Positions 25,501 through 38,020 are shown, numbered from the stretch's first letter. The stretch: 64,000 bases of DNA from Amphiscolops sp. MND2022 (GCA_964187785.1 OZ076409.1:97962001-98026000); one strand, 5' to 3'. Notes: generated by a model from the sequence alone, not told the origin. Translations and numbers: made by a program.

Positions 25501-26318
25501 TGGTGCTGAAAACCCAAAAGACACTTTTTCCATGCCAAAAACTTTTTCAAAAAATGAAGGGCCCCTTTGATCAAATAAAAATTTTTCAAAAAAATGTCAC
25601 AGTGCCGAAAAAACCGAAGGTCTTTTCCACATGTATCATTACGCCTACAGGACACGTTAAAATAACCAAAGATGTCACCCTTAAAAGAATTGGAAAACTA
25701 ACAAAAAATTATGTTTATTAATAAGGACCGCGCGTACTGAAACCGGGATATGGTGTAAAGAGAGGGCGCGCTAAAAGGGGAGACCCTTTGGGATTTTTCA
25801 ACATCCATTTTGTCGCCAAGCATCAAAAAATTGAAGGGGGGACCCTTTGGGGAAAAAATTTCGAAAAAAGTCTCACAATGCCGAAAAAAACTGAAATGGG
25901 AGACCCTTTAGTGTCGCCCGGAACTGTGTTACGCGGAAAAACGGGAAAAACCTTTTTGGTTCATTTCGCTAGGCGAAATGGTTCAATTCGACACCATAAT
26001 ATTTCGTAGAACTATTGTTGAACTATTTTGGTCAGTTCGTGTGGATTGAAAAAAAAAATCAAAATTTATAAAAATGGACGTTTCCCGTTGACTGAAAGCT
26101 GAAGAAAAAACTTGGTACTGTAAGAGTCTCGCACTTTTTTCAAAAAACGCCAACTGAAAGCTATAAGGCATTCTACAAAAATACTACTCGAAAGCGTTGG
26201 ATTTGCTTACTATCAAAAGCAGACCCAGCATTGATGCTTTGATCACAAATCTTAGAAGTTTGGGGCTAAAATGTGGGGGTGTGGTATTGGGGTCTGAAGT
26301 CCAAATGTAACTTGAAAT

Positions 26319-26763
26319 GGTTGTCAGGACGTTTCATTTTATGCAATTTCAACCTATTGCATTTTCAACCGTCCGCAATTTCGACCTAAACTAATTAATT
26401 TTGGCTATTTAGTCTTAATTCGGTTGAGCTATTATTTCAGTACAATAATTACTAATGAATTAAACAGCCTCCTTAACTATAGGTAATTTTTCATGAAGAA
26501 GCCAAAACGTATCAAAACTGGCGTAAAAATTGGTATTTTTTGAATTTGTATTATTTGAATTTAGAGATGTACGAAAGTTAAAAACACCAAAATAATTATG
26601 TAACTAATTAGCATCCATTAGCCAAAATTAGGTTAGGTCGAAATAACGGAAGGTTGAAAATGTGTTGGTTGAAAATAGGTTGAAATTGTGTGAGCAGTTG
26701 AAATGGCAACGGTTGAAATTGCATATGTTGAAAGTGTATAGGATGAAATGACGTCATGTAACC
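26319..26763. mobile_element. MITE with ~15-bp (tttcaacc) subterminal repeats (relatives ~17080-17222 and ~23755-24293)
   Basis: ggttgtcaggacgtttc vs gaaatgacgtcatgtaacc imperfect TIRs; flanks cttgaaat / cttgaaaa. Confidence 0.6.
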
Positions 26764-26861
26764 CTTGAAAAGTAAGAAGCAGTGGAAGTGAAGGTAAGAC
26801 CTGTGAAAAGGCAAAGAAGAAAGCGATGCCGATCCCAAAACAGCTTCGATCTATCTGGTTC

Positions 26862-26979
26862 CTACTGCTGCTGCTGCAATCCCGCATACATGTTGTGTTG
26901 CTTGTTGCTCTGCATCGGTGACGTCACTTTCATGGCAGCAGCGGAAGAGTTGGCTACACTACTGCTATTGTTGTTGTTA
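26862..26979 (-). CDS. LARP6: LARP6-like gene, putative terminal coding exon (phase 2 to stop)
   Basis: gcgtgtAG|T AAC AAC...; SNNNNSSSVANSSAAAMKVTSPMQSNKQHNMYAGLQQQQ* (TAG 26862-26864); phase fits the 29789 donor. Confidence 0.6.
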
Positions 26980-27374
26980 CTACACGCGTAAGTACAAGGT
27001 GAACCAAAAAACAAAATACACACGAAAGATTCACTTTTCAAAATCGATATATTCGTAAACAAGACACTGATAATCTTCCACTTTCACTGTCAATCATCCT
27101 CTCATTACGTAATCAAATCTTCAACAAAGAATGATCCCAACCTTTTAAAAAAGTGTAGACGTGGGAGCGGCTCACTATGCAGACGGTTCACTCGGTGTCG
27201 GGTCACAAGTCCGAAAGAATAAAATTAAAATTTCTCGTCCAATAAGATTTCAGAAATCCCAGCGTCGTTCAAACGTAGTTTTCTTCACTCGTCCAATCTG
27301 ATTGGCGGACGGGGTCAAACCGGAAAGAAGTGCGTTCAAAGATGACAAAATGAATTCTTCAATTTCCCCTGGTC

Positions 27375-27880
27375 AGCTATGTTCACATACCTCTAGTGCC
27401 CTAAATGCAGGAGCGAAGCGAAGCGGAGCGACGTGCCATATGACCATACTTCAATGTTGCTACATGGCGAAGGGAGCGAAGCGACCGAGCCATACAACAA
27501 ATATGAAGTATTTTTTCGGATTTGTGCAACCCAAATTCATTTTCGGACATGTGCAACCCATATTTATTTTCGGACTTGTGAATAGCCGCCGTTCACTCAG
27601 CCGACCAAATAAATTCATTCTCAGCGGGTGATAAAATTCATTCTGAACGCGCGATTCAATTCATTGTCAAATTTGATTGGACAAAGACACATTGCAAATA
27701 TATGCGGACAATAGAACATGTAAACAAAATATCGTCAATCAAATATTACGATAATTTAATCAGCTATGCTCACATACCCCTAGTGCCCCAAATGCAGGAG
27801 CGAAGCGACATGCCATTTGGCCATGCCTCAATGTTGCTACTTGGCGAAGGGAGCGAAGCGACCGAGCCATACAACATATG
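27375..27880. repeat. Two copies of a short gcgaagcg-rich repeat (also ~19545-19680 and ~24350-24510)
   Basis: tagtgcc..aaatgcaggagcgaagcga...cgaagggagcgaagcgaccgagccatacaac repeated. Confidence 0.75.
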
Positions 27881-29788
27881 CTAACATCTTCAAAGAAATC
27901 AATTTATTCAATGAATTTATTTGGTCAGCGTAGTGAACCGTCGGCTTAGTGCACCGCCCCCCGTAGACGTCTTTACCAGTCATGAATCTTTTCTGGTAAT
28001 TCAAATTATAATGCTCGAAAGCTAAATTTTCAACGATTTACCTGTATTAAGATAGGAAATTACCGTTTCGGGGTTATGTTTTCATTTAGAATGTTTTTGA
28101 AACAAAAATAAATCATTGAATTCTAAATTCTAGACAATCTGTAGAATCCGATGATATTAAAGTTTTCAGAAAAAACATTAATATGCTTGAAGTGGATCTT
28201 TCCTATTAATCCCCCGTCCCCCCACCCATTTAATTTCCCCCAGTTAGGCGGTCAAGAGAAATTATCATTGAATTAATAGTAACAACCAATCAAATTGCAG
28301 TATTTTATAACTCTAACTGCAACTGAAACTCATCGCTGATAGTGGTGGGGAATTAAAGTTTCCGCGCTTACTGTGGGGGGAATTAACAGAAAAGATCCCT
28401 TAAGTTAACATGGTTAGTCAAAGATGTGATTACATGATGAAAGCTTCATAATGAATGCTTGACAGAAGAAGTGAAAGCGCCTTGTTTACAAATAAAGTAT
28501 TGTGATTAACCGCAATGAACCTAGTGGTGCTTTAAAGCAGCCTACCTTTTTTCCAAATTCTGATTCCTTTTGCCAGTCGCCCATTTTCTCTAGCACAGTT
28601 TTTTTCAACAAGTAATTGGTACCTAGATTGCTTTGAATGGGACAAGCATTAGAAAAAGGGAATATGTCTCCAAAGCTGAGAAAAATGTTTTTTTTTGCAT
28701 AAAAAATAGTTATATTTTTTTTTCAAAATTCAGTTTTTGACGAAATCCCGTTTTCTCAAAGTCTTGATCAATAGAAAAAAACCAACCACATACCTTTCCA
28801 CAACAAGTCCTGGTGCAACAAACCCCTATAATATTATGTTGTTACTACAAGCCTCCGCGCAGCGGGCCGCACGAAATGCAGAACTGCCGCGAAGCAGCGG
28901 TACCGGAAAAAGAGACTAAAATACTGAAAGAAGGGGCGCGCGGCGACAGGGGCTCAGCTTACCAAAATGAAAGCCCAATATCAGAGCTTTCAAACGCGCT
29001 ATAGTTCATTCCTCTGGTACGCGTAGTTGTGGAGATATTGATGATTGAAAATTTTTTGTCAATTTTTTCGAAAATTTTAAAAAACGCCCAGGTCAATTGG
29101 GGTTAAAAAACGTGTCCCGAGGCAATTTTAGGATCGATTTTCTCAAAACTGGTATAAAATTTTGAAAAAAAAATCAAAGATAAAAGTTTCTTAAAATTTC
29201 ATCTAGTTTACATTTTTTAAAGTTTTGAGGCAAAAATTCAGAAAGTTACATATAGCTGATTATGAGCAAAATTGAGCCTTTTGGCTGTTTTTCCATTATT
29301 GACCATCCATCAGCGTTTGGCAAGTTTTTTGCCCAATTAACTCCCACAACCCTACTGAATCCATGGATTTGATTTGATCTAAAAAATAATCAACTGTTTT
29401 CAAAATATAATGCTCGAAAGCTAAAATTTCGTCGATCTAACTGTATTAAGATAGGAAATTACCGTTTCGCGATTATATTTTCATTTAGAATGTCTTTGAA
29501 ACAAAAATATATCATTGAATTCTAGACAATCTGCAGAATCCGATGAATTTAAAGTTTTCAGAAAAAATTCAAAAAACCTGCCCAAAATTGGAAAAATAGC
29601 AGAAGTGTTCTTTCTGCGCCTGAGATTTCACTCGATGCGCCAATCAAAATTGAAAGTGAGAGCAAGTAAGCAATTCTAATTGGTTGATAACGACGCTCAG
29701 CGCATAGGGAACGGACGATTTCTTAATCACAGTACTGTATTACAATTTTGAAGAATGAAATCTTATTGCGTTCCGTTTTTTGGTTCAC

Positions 29789-30044
29789 CTAGTAGCAGCA
29801 CTATTGCCCACGACATTGGGCACTCCAAAGCTGAAAGGTGATGTGACCTCGTTGCTATTGTTGTTGTGATGCGATGACGTCATCAGCGGTGACCCGTCTT
29901 GACCCGACGGGCTGCACGCATTCAAGTTCAGAGAGAAGGATGAGTCCGCCGCAGTCCCCCCACACAAATGCGCACTCACTGAGGGACTCACGCTAGAGTT
30001 GATCGGCAGGTGTTGCAGAGAGTTTCGCACTCCGGCTGACGGAC
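29789..30044 (-). CDS. LARP6: LARP6-like gene exon (phase 1 to 2)
   Basis: gtgtgttcAG|GT CCG ... GCT ACT AG|GTgaac; GPSAGVRNSLQHLPINSS...VVGNSAAT. Confidence 0.75.
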
Positions 30045-30834
30045 CTGAACACACATAGCCAGGGTTCGGAAAGAAACAAGATTTTGAAAAATCGTGTTTA
30101 AAATGTTTAAAACATTGAATTTTTTTCTTGAAAACGTTTTCAAAACTCAACATCTACCACATAAATACGTCTAACACTAAATGGCATAAGAACTGAGTAT
30201 ACTGCAGTAAGCGAATACAGAAAGCAAATTCGTTGGCCTTCTCAATTTAGAGTCAATTCCGTGTTTGGTTGTGGACGAAACCCAAGGTGCTGAAAATTCG
30301 TTCCAAGTCTGCCGAATTTGGAATAAGAACCAGAAGCGCATCGGCAATTTTTACTTGCAATTTTAGGAACTTGAAAATGTCCATAACTGATATAAAAAGA
30401 ATTGAACAAAATGAAGGTTTTTGTCACGTTCAAAACTCTGTTTAAAACAAGTTTAAAACGCGTTTTTTAAAACACGGCATGCTTTAAAACATGCGAACCC
30501 TGCACACAGCACTTGGAATTATATTTGGGGATCCCTTTCGATATGCCCCCTTTTGGATCGTTACACTATGCACCCACCTTTTGCGTCCTTTCACTATGCC
30601 CCGCGCCAGAGAAAAAGAATGTTACTGGCTCATTTTTATTCATCTAAATTTCGGTTCCAGGAAAATACGTCCAAAGACATTACGCCCAAAGCGGATTTTA
30701 TGCCCAATTATTTGAAAGATTGTTGTATGTACAATTTTTGGGCGTAATGTCTTTGGGCGTAATGTCCGGACACCCTAACTTTTATCATTTCTCTTCGCAT
30801 AAGGACACTTTTTATTGGCTCTCATGATCATAAT

Positions 30835-31326
30835 CAGGGTTGCCAAAAATATATCTTACATGCAATAATCTTACAATATTTGTATCCGATTATCTATTGC
30901 TTGACACTATGAAATAAAGAATATTTATCTTTTGAATAGAGCAATACAGATTACCTATTTTAACACTAAGATAATTTTATATGTAAATACATGTAAATAA
31001 TGACGTGTCAAAGCTGCGTGTTTTGAATTCCGCGCGAAAATGCCGCGCAAAAATGATCGTTCCGAATGAGAGAAACAGAACAACACCAATGCACTTGCAA
31101 GAAAACTGCTTTTTACTCTTTAATAAGGAACTATGGGACGTTCATACCGTGAATAGTATTGTTGGATCGAAAACTTTGATCAGATTATTTTTTGACTCTA
31201 CAAAAGTATCTGAGATTATTATTTCTTGAATCATAAAATAAGATTATCTATTTTATATGAAGATCAAGATAAGATAATTTATTGCATGATTACGATAGAT
31301 ATTCGATAATTATTTTGGCATCCCTG
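30835..31326. mobile_element. hAT-like MITE
   Basis: cagggttgccaaaa / ttttggcatccctg; perfect TSD atcataat. Confidence 0.85.
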
Positions 31327-32126
31327 ATCATAATCTCCACTGAGATCTGCGCTATTAGAATGTGCAAACCAACAACAGGGAAATTTTCAACCAATCAGCA
31401 GCGTCGATAGATTTGAAAAGATCTACGATATTGGACTTCATACATGTACACTTTGTCCTCCTCTCTGCGATGCATTTAAGAGCGTTTCATTTAAGAGTGC
31501 AATCGAGAAGCATACTTTCGAAAATACTAACGGATAGAATAATACGACACTGCAATAAATGAATTGGACCCCTGATTGTGAAAAATGATCTGCAGTGGAA
31601 AAATTAGCTCGAAACCTGAGTTAGTTTGGAGGTAATAGAATAAAATATGCTTGATCGGACATCATTCAATTTGTAATGGTACTTCATAATCAATTTTGCG
31701 AACAATTTTGTTGCTTACTAATATCACTTTTGGCTAATTGTTATTCTCCGCCCATTACAGTGCAAAGCAAGCTTAATTTGCTCAAAGCGCAACTTTGTGC
31801 TTTCAATACCTCGGATTCCACGACCATACCTTTAACCGTGCAAAATTGGCAAATTACGTCATAAGTCCCGGATTCCACGGATCAAAGGGAAATTTTGTCC
31901 TGGATTCTACGACTTTTCTCAATTTTCGTGTCCCGGATTCCACGAAAAGCAGCAAAATAGCTTGCCTGTGCACTGTAATGCCCACATTTAATGAGGAGAA
32001 ATAAAATAGAAAAATCGATTTCTTTCGATTTCAAAAATTAAATTACTTTGAAATCATGGTTAAGGGTTATTCAGAAAAATAAATGAACTAACTTACAAAT
32101 TTAAAACAAATCATAATTAATGGGGA

Positions 32127-32343
32127 GGAAAATCATAATCTGTGTTGCGTTTGTTTTCCAAATTCTGCCAAATCTCCACTTTATTACTGCATTTAGTAAA
32201 TATTAATTTGGATATTCTAGTCACAATGGCGCAGTTGGTAGTGCGTCTGCTTGGCAGACGCGAGTTCGTGGGTTCGAACCCGTGCTGAAGCGTTCGTTAA
32301 TTTTTCAGCTGAAAATAACCCGGTGCTTAGCGGGCGTCTTGTT
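32127..32343 (+). mobile_element. HINE-like family B copy carrying a full-length tRNA-like module
   Basis: TGGCGCAGTTGG (A box, 32227) and GGTTCGAACC (B box) at canonical tRNA spacing; 3' cccggtgcttagcggg hairpin and tcttgtt end. Confidence 0.65.
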
Positions 32344-32647
32344 TTAATTAATAATTCCTGGTCCAGGAACAAGTTTTTGCAAATTCATTCATTACAGTAT
32401 GGTCAGGGATCCACCAAAAAAAGCGACCCACTTGCTTAGCCTACACTTGTACAAAGGTCATAAACTGTAAGCATAGCTGGAAGGTAAAAAATATGTCTCT
32501 GTGAGGGGCATTTTATTTGTCAGCAGAACTAGAATGCTTCGGAACTAATTAATGGTTTTTCTGAATAAGTTCTTCTCTAACCCCTCGAGGAAGGGGCAAT
32601 TCCTCAGAAACACCCCAACCGAACGAATGCCTTTTTGAAAATACTTT

Positions 32648-33075
32648 GGCTCTTTTCTGTTACCCCCACCACCAATTGTTTTTGGAAAAATATTGAAAAA
32701 CTTGAAACAAAAAAATTTGAATGCGAACCAGAAAGCTTCAATTTCAATATTATTCTAAGGGCTACAGCTTAGGATTCAGATACAAACTATGTTCATTCTT
32801 TTGCCCTATGTAGTCGCGCATTTTTGATGAAAAAATCAACAGCTTCCTGTTTTGTGTCATCAATAAACACTCAATACGAACATAATTATAGTCAAAATGC
32901 GTGGCAATTGTTCAAGCGGAAAACTACTCTAACAGAAGTTAACTTCCTGTTATGAAAGAAGGTTTCACTTTTAATTGGGATAGTCGACAGTTTTAAGGAA
33001 AGATATTCTTAAAAACAATGGTGGTTGTGTGTGTGTGTGTGTGGGGGGGGGGGAGGGTTAAAACAGAAAAGAGCC
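32648..33075. mobile_element. Merlin-like MITE (related copy ~43599-43981)
   Basis: ggctcttttctgtt / aacagaaaagagcc TIRs; perfect 8-bp TSD aatacttt. Confidence 0.8.
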
Positions 33076-34379
33076 AATACTTTTTCTAGACACGATCCTC
33101 GGCAGATGTCTCCCACATACACGACTAATATTTCTCATTGATGCAATTGATTGTGCCGCCTTTTATAGTATTTTTATACTAATTCCTAATTCATTTTTGG
33201 CTCGGCGACTAAGACAAGAAACCAAACAGTGTTCATTCAACATGACTGACATTATTAAATGCCAAGGTTGAAAAAAACTTTTATTCAAAAAATCAATTAA
33301 TCATTTTTCTTTCAAATAAATTACGATTTATTTGATTTTTATGACTTTAGTTCTCGGTACAGAAAAGCCAGTTTTTCGCATTTTTCCACGCCGATACGAG
33401 ATCGAAGACTTCTGTAAGTCCAGCGGTAGAAAAGATACGTTCTAATCCAGCCAAATTCGGCGTACCTTCAACCAAGCCCAAGTCTGGAGATCATATTTCG
33501 TCCAAAAATCATCTCTAGTTAGACCCATAGTATCGGAAAGAATAATTGGTAATGCATTTGTTGAATAAGTAAAAAAACCAATGATTTTCATTTTATGATT
33601 GAAATCATGATTTTTTGCTTTGATTTAAATAAAGATTTAAATCATTTCCAACCCTGTTAAATGCTCAATTGGTATTAATTACCCTTTTTGTCATTGGCAG
33701 TGTAGTCATGCCTGGTAGGATCACAAAATTAGCCTTATATTTGTCTGAGTTGATTTCCGGTTCTTTCGACGAGTTTTTTTCTATAGCATTTTCGGCCAGT
33801 TTTCCTAGATTCGCTCGGCGACAATGCCAAAAAACTAAAAAAAAGTGTTCATTCAACATGACAAGACAATATTAAACGCTCTTAATAAGTTTAAATTACC
33901 CTTTTTGTCGTTCATTTCACCCACATGTAAATTATCAAATGCGTCTCAGATTAATGACTATTGCCGCCCAATTCCAATCTTAAAGCGCCTAAAGAAAAGC
34001 GTCTTGAATCTAATTACCAATTAGATAGGCAAACGATGCTTGCTATGTGAAGCACAAAATCAGAACAGAAACGTTTCACTAATCGGAATTACAATACTTC
34101 TGAACAAGGCGCTGAAAAAAATCATTTATTTTCTGTCAATTTTGGATGATTCGAATCTCCAGCAAAAACATTTTTCCGTTTAGTGTAGTTAAAATGCGAG
34201 ACGCTTTTGTATAATTACATTATGGTATGAAATGAAAGTGGACTGAAATGAACGTGGGGTGAATTGAATTTGGGGTGGAAGGAATGTGGGGTGAAATGAA
34301 AGTGAGATGAAATGAATATGGGTTGAAATGATATGAGGTGAAACGATTTTGGGGTGAAATGAACGCACAACTCAAAAAA

Positions 34380-35345
34380 GTAAGGACTTGATTATTGACT
34401 TGAATCGATCAAAAGAGTGTTTTCGTTCGAAAAGGACCACATCCAAACAAACTGAGTGGTTTTTATTGAGAAAAGGCTTTCAAAAACTGTTGAAGTTCGG
34501 AACTTGTGCAATCATAGCCACTTGTGAACCATCATTTCTTGACAATAAAAACAAATCGCAAAAACGGTTCCACTCAAATGTCTTACAGATAAATTTTGGT
34601 TCAGAGCAAAAGAAAGGAATGAAAACTGAGAAAAAATGAATTTCCAACAGATAATTTCTGAGAACATACTTCTGCCAAAAGAAAGCCTCACAGAATCCAA
34701 AAGATCTCATCAAGCTGATGCGAACTACCACCAAAGAACGACACAGCCATCCAAGTGCGAGCTTTTGTAATGTCAAAGCTCACTTACCTCTTGCCTTCAT
34801 CCGAAGTCTCAACAACGCCTTGGAAGCATCTCCCAAACATCAGACTTGCCAATCCAACATGCAACACACCATCAGGAATTGATCTCATTTTTGGAGCAGA
34901 GCTCCGCGAAACCAACATGTTGAATGTCCGTAACAGAGAAACAATATCACCTATCGAGATTCGTTGTCCAGCTGGGTTGTCATTGGAGATTCGCCTTCAT
35001 GCCAATTCAGTGGCTAACAACATCCTTCCGCTCAATGAAGTTAAATCCAAAAGAAACCTTGAAGTTCGGGGAGATAGAAGAGCTTCCACAATGTCGCCAT
35101 TTGACCAAAGAAGAACAAACTTGTGAAGAACACTTCCAAAGAACGACCAAACGTAATCAAGACGGACAATTCGTTGTCAAACTACTCTTCAAGGAAAGCG
35201 CCTCACCTCTCGGCGATTCCTTCCAACAAGCGAAACGCCGCCTCGACACACTTCTTCGACGACTTATTAGAGATGAAAGTATCTACACCAGACACGCAGC
35301 CTTCATCGAGGAGTTCCAAGATCCAGGACTCCGAAATCCTCATCG
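34380..35345 (+). pseudogene. Decayed Bel/Pao gag-protease-RT linker fragment
   Basis: Frameshifted pieces: RAFVMSKLTYLLPS..IRLANPTCNTPSGIDLIFGAE; LTKEEQTCEEHFQRTTKRNQDGQFVVKLLFKESASPLGDSFQQAKRRL, collinear with the intact Pao region at 2100-2620. Confidence 0.85.
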
Positions 35346-35459
35346 AATCCGGCAAAAAGGGTGAAATGAACGAGGGGTGAAATGAATGTGGGGTGAATTG
35401 ATACTAAACCAATTTAATAATGTCAGTCAGCTTAATTAATAAGTATAAGTATTACTTAC

Positions 35460-35735
35460 CCTTTTTGTCATTGGCAGCAGTGGCAGCCATGGTTGCGTCA
35501 TCGTCGAGGAAGACGAAGGGGGGTGGCGGCTCGTGGATGGAGAGGTCGTTGAAAGCCAGCAGCTGGGAGTCGCTGCGACCCAGAGAGGCGCCCCGTTGCT
35601 GGTCCAGACTGAACGACGTCCGCTTCCAGCTAGAGTCCGCGTTGGGGGGAGCCTGTCTCAGGATGGCCTCGTTCTCCGCACTCGGGGTCCTGTGCACTGG
35701 GATGTCGCTGTAGCGGCGCTCGAACAACAGAGGGG
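35460..35735 (-). CDS. LARP6: LARP6-like gene exon (phase 1 to 1)
   Basis: tttctgctttcAG|CC CCT ... AAG G|GTaagt; PLLFERRYSDIPVHRTPSAENEAIL...AANDKK. Confidence 0.8.
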
Positions 35736-36984
35736 CTGAAAGCAGAAACAATTATAGATGAACTAGTATGTTCAAGTCGGCGTTATATCTAAGGCTCAAA
35801 AATAGCAAAAGGACTTCAAAAAGTCAAGTATTCTCTTCTACAGCACCATATAAAATAGAAAAAAGCCCGAAAAGCCCAAAAGTTGGAACGAATTGGCGCA
35901 CTAAAAGGGGGGACCCTTTCGGATTGTTCAACAGTCATTGTTGCAAAACATAAAATTGAAGGGGGGACCCTTTGCGGGAAAACAATTTCGAAAAAAGTCT
36001 CATAATGCCGAAAAAGCTGAAACGGGGGACCCTTAGCCTCGCCCGGAATTGTATTTTACGCGGAAAAAATAGAAAAACGTTTCCGGTTCAGTACCTTAGG
36101 CCAAATGGTTCCATTTGACACCATAAAATTTCGAAGAACTTTGTAGAACTATTTTCGCCAGTTCGTGTGTATTGAAAAAAAAGTTACTATAATAGTCACA
36201 TTTCACTTCATGACGCGCCAAAAAAAAATAAAAAATAGGGTATGAACAAGGATGTTCAACAAGATCTGCATCGGCACCATGTACAATATAATATATACCA
36301 TATGAAGGACCTCAAATAGTCAGTGATGTCCATTGATATAAAAAAATAGATTTAATTCAAGTCGATCCTTTAAGGTACTCATTTTGATCTGGTTTTTTCT
36401 CTCGGATGACATAAAAGACGCCTTGGAAAAACCACGCTACATAATTTATTGTAGTAATGGCTATTTGAAATTAAATTAAATTCATAATTAAATTCCATTT
36501 GAAAAATAGACCCCTGTGGGGCACAGTATAATTTCTGCTTTTAGGCATTCATGTTCAATAATAGAAGGATAGAATCAATAAAATCTGGAATAACTATACA
36601 TTCCTGTTAAATTACAAAGCGCACTGTACCAGTTTACACGGTACTTAATTTTTCTCGGATTAAAGCAAATATAACTACTAAGCGTAGACGAAGTTTCGCA
36701 TTCGCATTTGACTGCAGCCGAAACTCTCGGCGAACGAATAACTAACACTCGTTCGCTTCATCTCAAGGCCTCGGCGTACGAAAGCATAATTACCACTCGC
36801 TTGTTCCATCACACGGGAAACGAATTGTTGTCGGCAGCTTGAGAAATTTAAAACTCACGCTTATACTCACTGCCGAACAAAATATCTGAAGTTTTCAGTA
36901 TCTCGGCAAAAATTTTACTGTTCAAAAAAAGTTGAATTCTTGAGATTTCAGTAGTATTCCAGCTATCGCAGAAATAATAAGAAC

Positions 36985-38020
36985 AAACACGCCGGAAACT
37001 GCCGAAGTCGGCGTCATATCTAAGGCTCAAAAATATTCAAGGAACAACTGGAAACATCAGAATAAAAATTAATTTGCCTTTGGAAAAATTTTTACCCAAG
37101 AAAAGTAATTGATAAGAAAAGTTGCATATTGCCGAAAAACCCAAAGAGATCCTTTAGGCTCATAAAACGCTTTTTACAAACCGAAAGTTTCAAAAAATTC
37201 AAGGGGTACCCATTGCTAGAATTCAAAATTTTTTCGAAAAAAAGTGCATAGTGCCGAAAAAACCCAAAAGGGTCTCCACTCTACTTTTGGAAGCATAATA
37301 ATATTTTGTGGTTTAGTGCGAGACTCGAACCCACGCTCTCCTGCTTCTCAGACCCCAGACCCCTCTTAGTCGGCCGAAAAGTTGAACGAACGAACAAAAA
37401 AGAGGACCGATCGTGTTGAACTGACGAACAAAACCTAGCCACTGTAAGAGTCGTGCATGTTCGAAAATGCCGACTAAAAACGGACATCACTGCATATAGT
37501 AAGAAACCAAATTATAGGCCGGGAACGGCCCAAGTCGGTGCTATATCTAAGGTTCAAAAATAGCAAAAGGACTTCAAAGTGTCAAGTATTCTCTTCTACA
37601 GTACCCGAATGAGGAAAAAAATTCCGATTTTTTTTTGAAGTCTCCGGTAAGTCTCACAGTGCCGAAAGATGTAAAACGGGGACCCTTTGGTATATTTTGA
37701 ACATCCATTCTTTTGCAAAATAGATAAAAATTGAAGGGGGACCCTTTGGAGACATAAAAAATTTGCGAAAAGAAAGTCTCACAAGCCGAAATAACATACA
37801 CAAAAAATTTTTGGTGAAGGGCGAGACTCGAACCCACGTCCTTCTGCTTGGCAAACCGCAAAAAATGCTAATTAACCTCTATGCCAAGTGGCAGTAGAAA
37901 TTACATTAGTGTGGCAGTTAGTGGAAGCCAGCTTATAAAATCTGTCACTTCGTTGGTCTTGAAAAAAAGAAAAGTCACTACTATAGTCGGCGTTTTTCTA
38001 CGAAAAGCGCCGACTAAAAA
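36985..38020 (-). mobile_element. Two adjacent HINE family A copies (~36985-37480 and ~37517-38020), both with tRNA-like segments
   Basis: Each has the gccg hairpin plus aagtcgg(c/t)g at left and gccgactaaaa at right. Minus strand 37810-37890 reads TGGCATAGAGG...GTGGGTTCGAGTCTCGCCCTTCACCA. Confidence 0.8.

Noticed and set aside
26755..26864. Stop-codon readthrough after QQQQ-TAG
   Set aside because: The downstream frame is only ~35 codons, runs into a MITE, lacks a leaky-stop context and shows no recognisable motif.
32220..32292. Functional tRNA gene
   Set aside because: A/B boxes are present, but the acceptor and canonical anticodon stems do not pair and it is embedded in a repeat.
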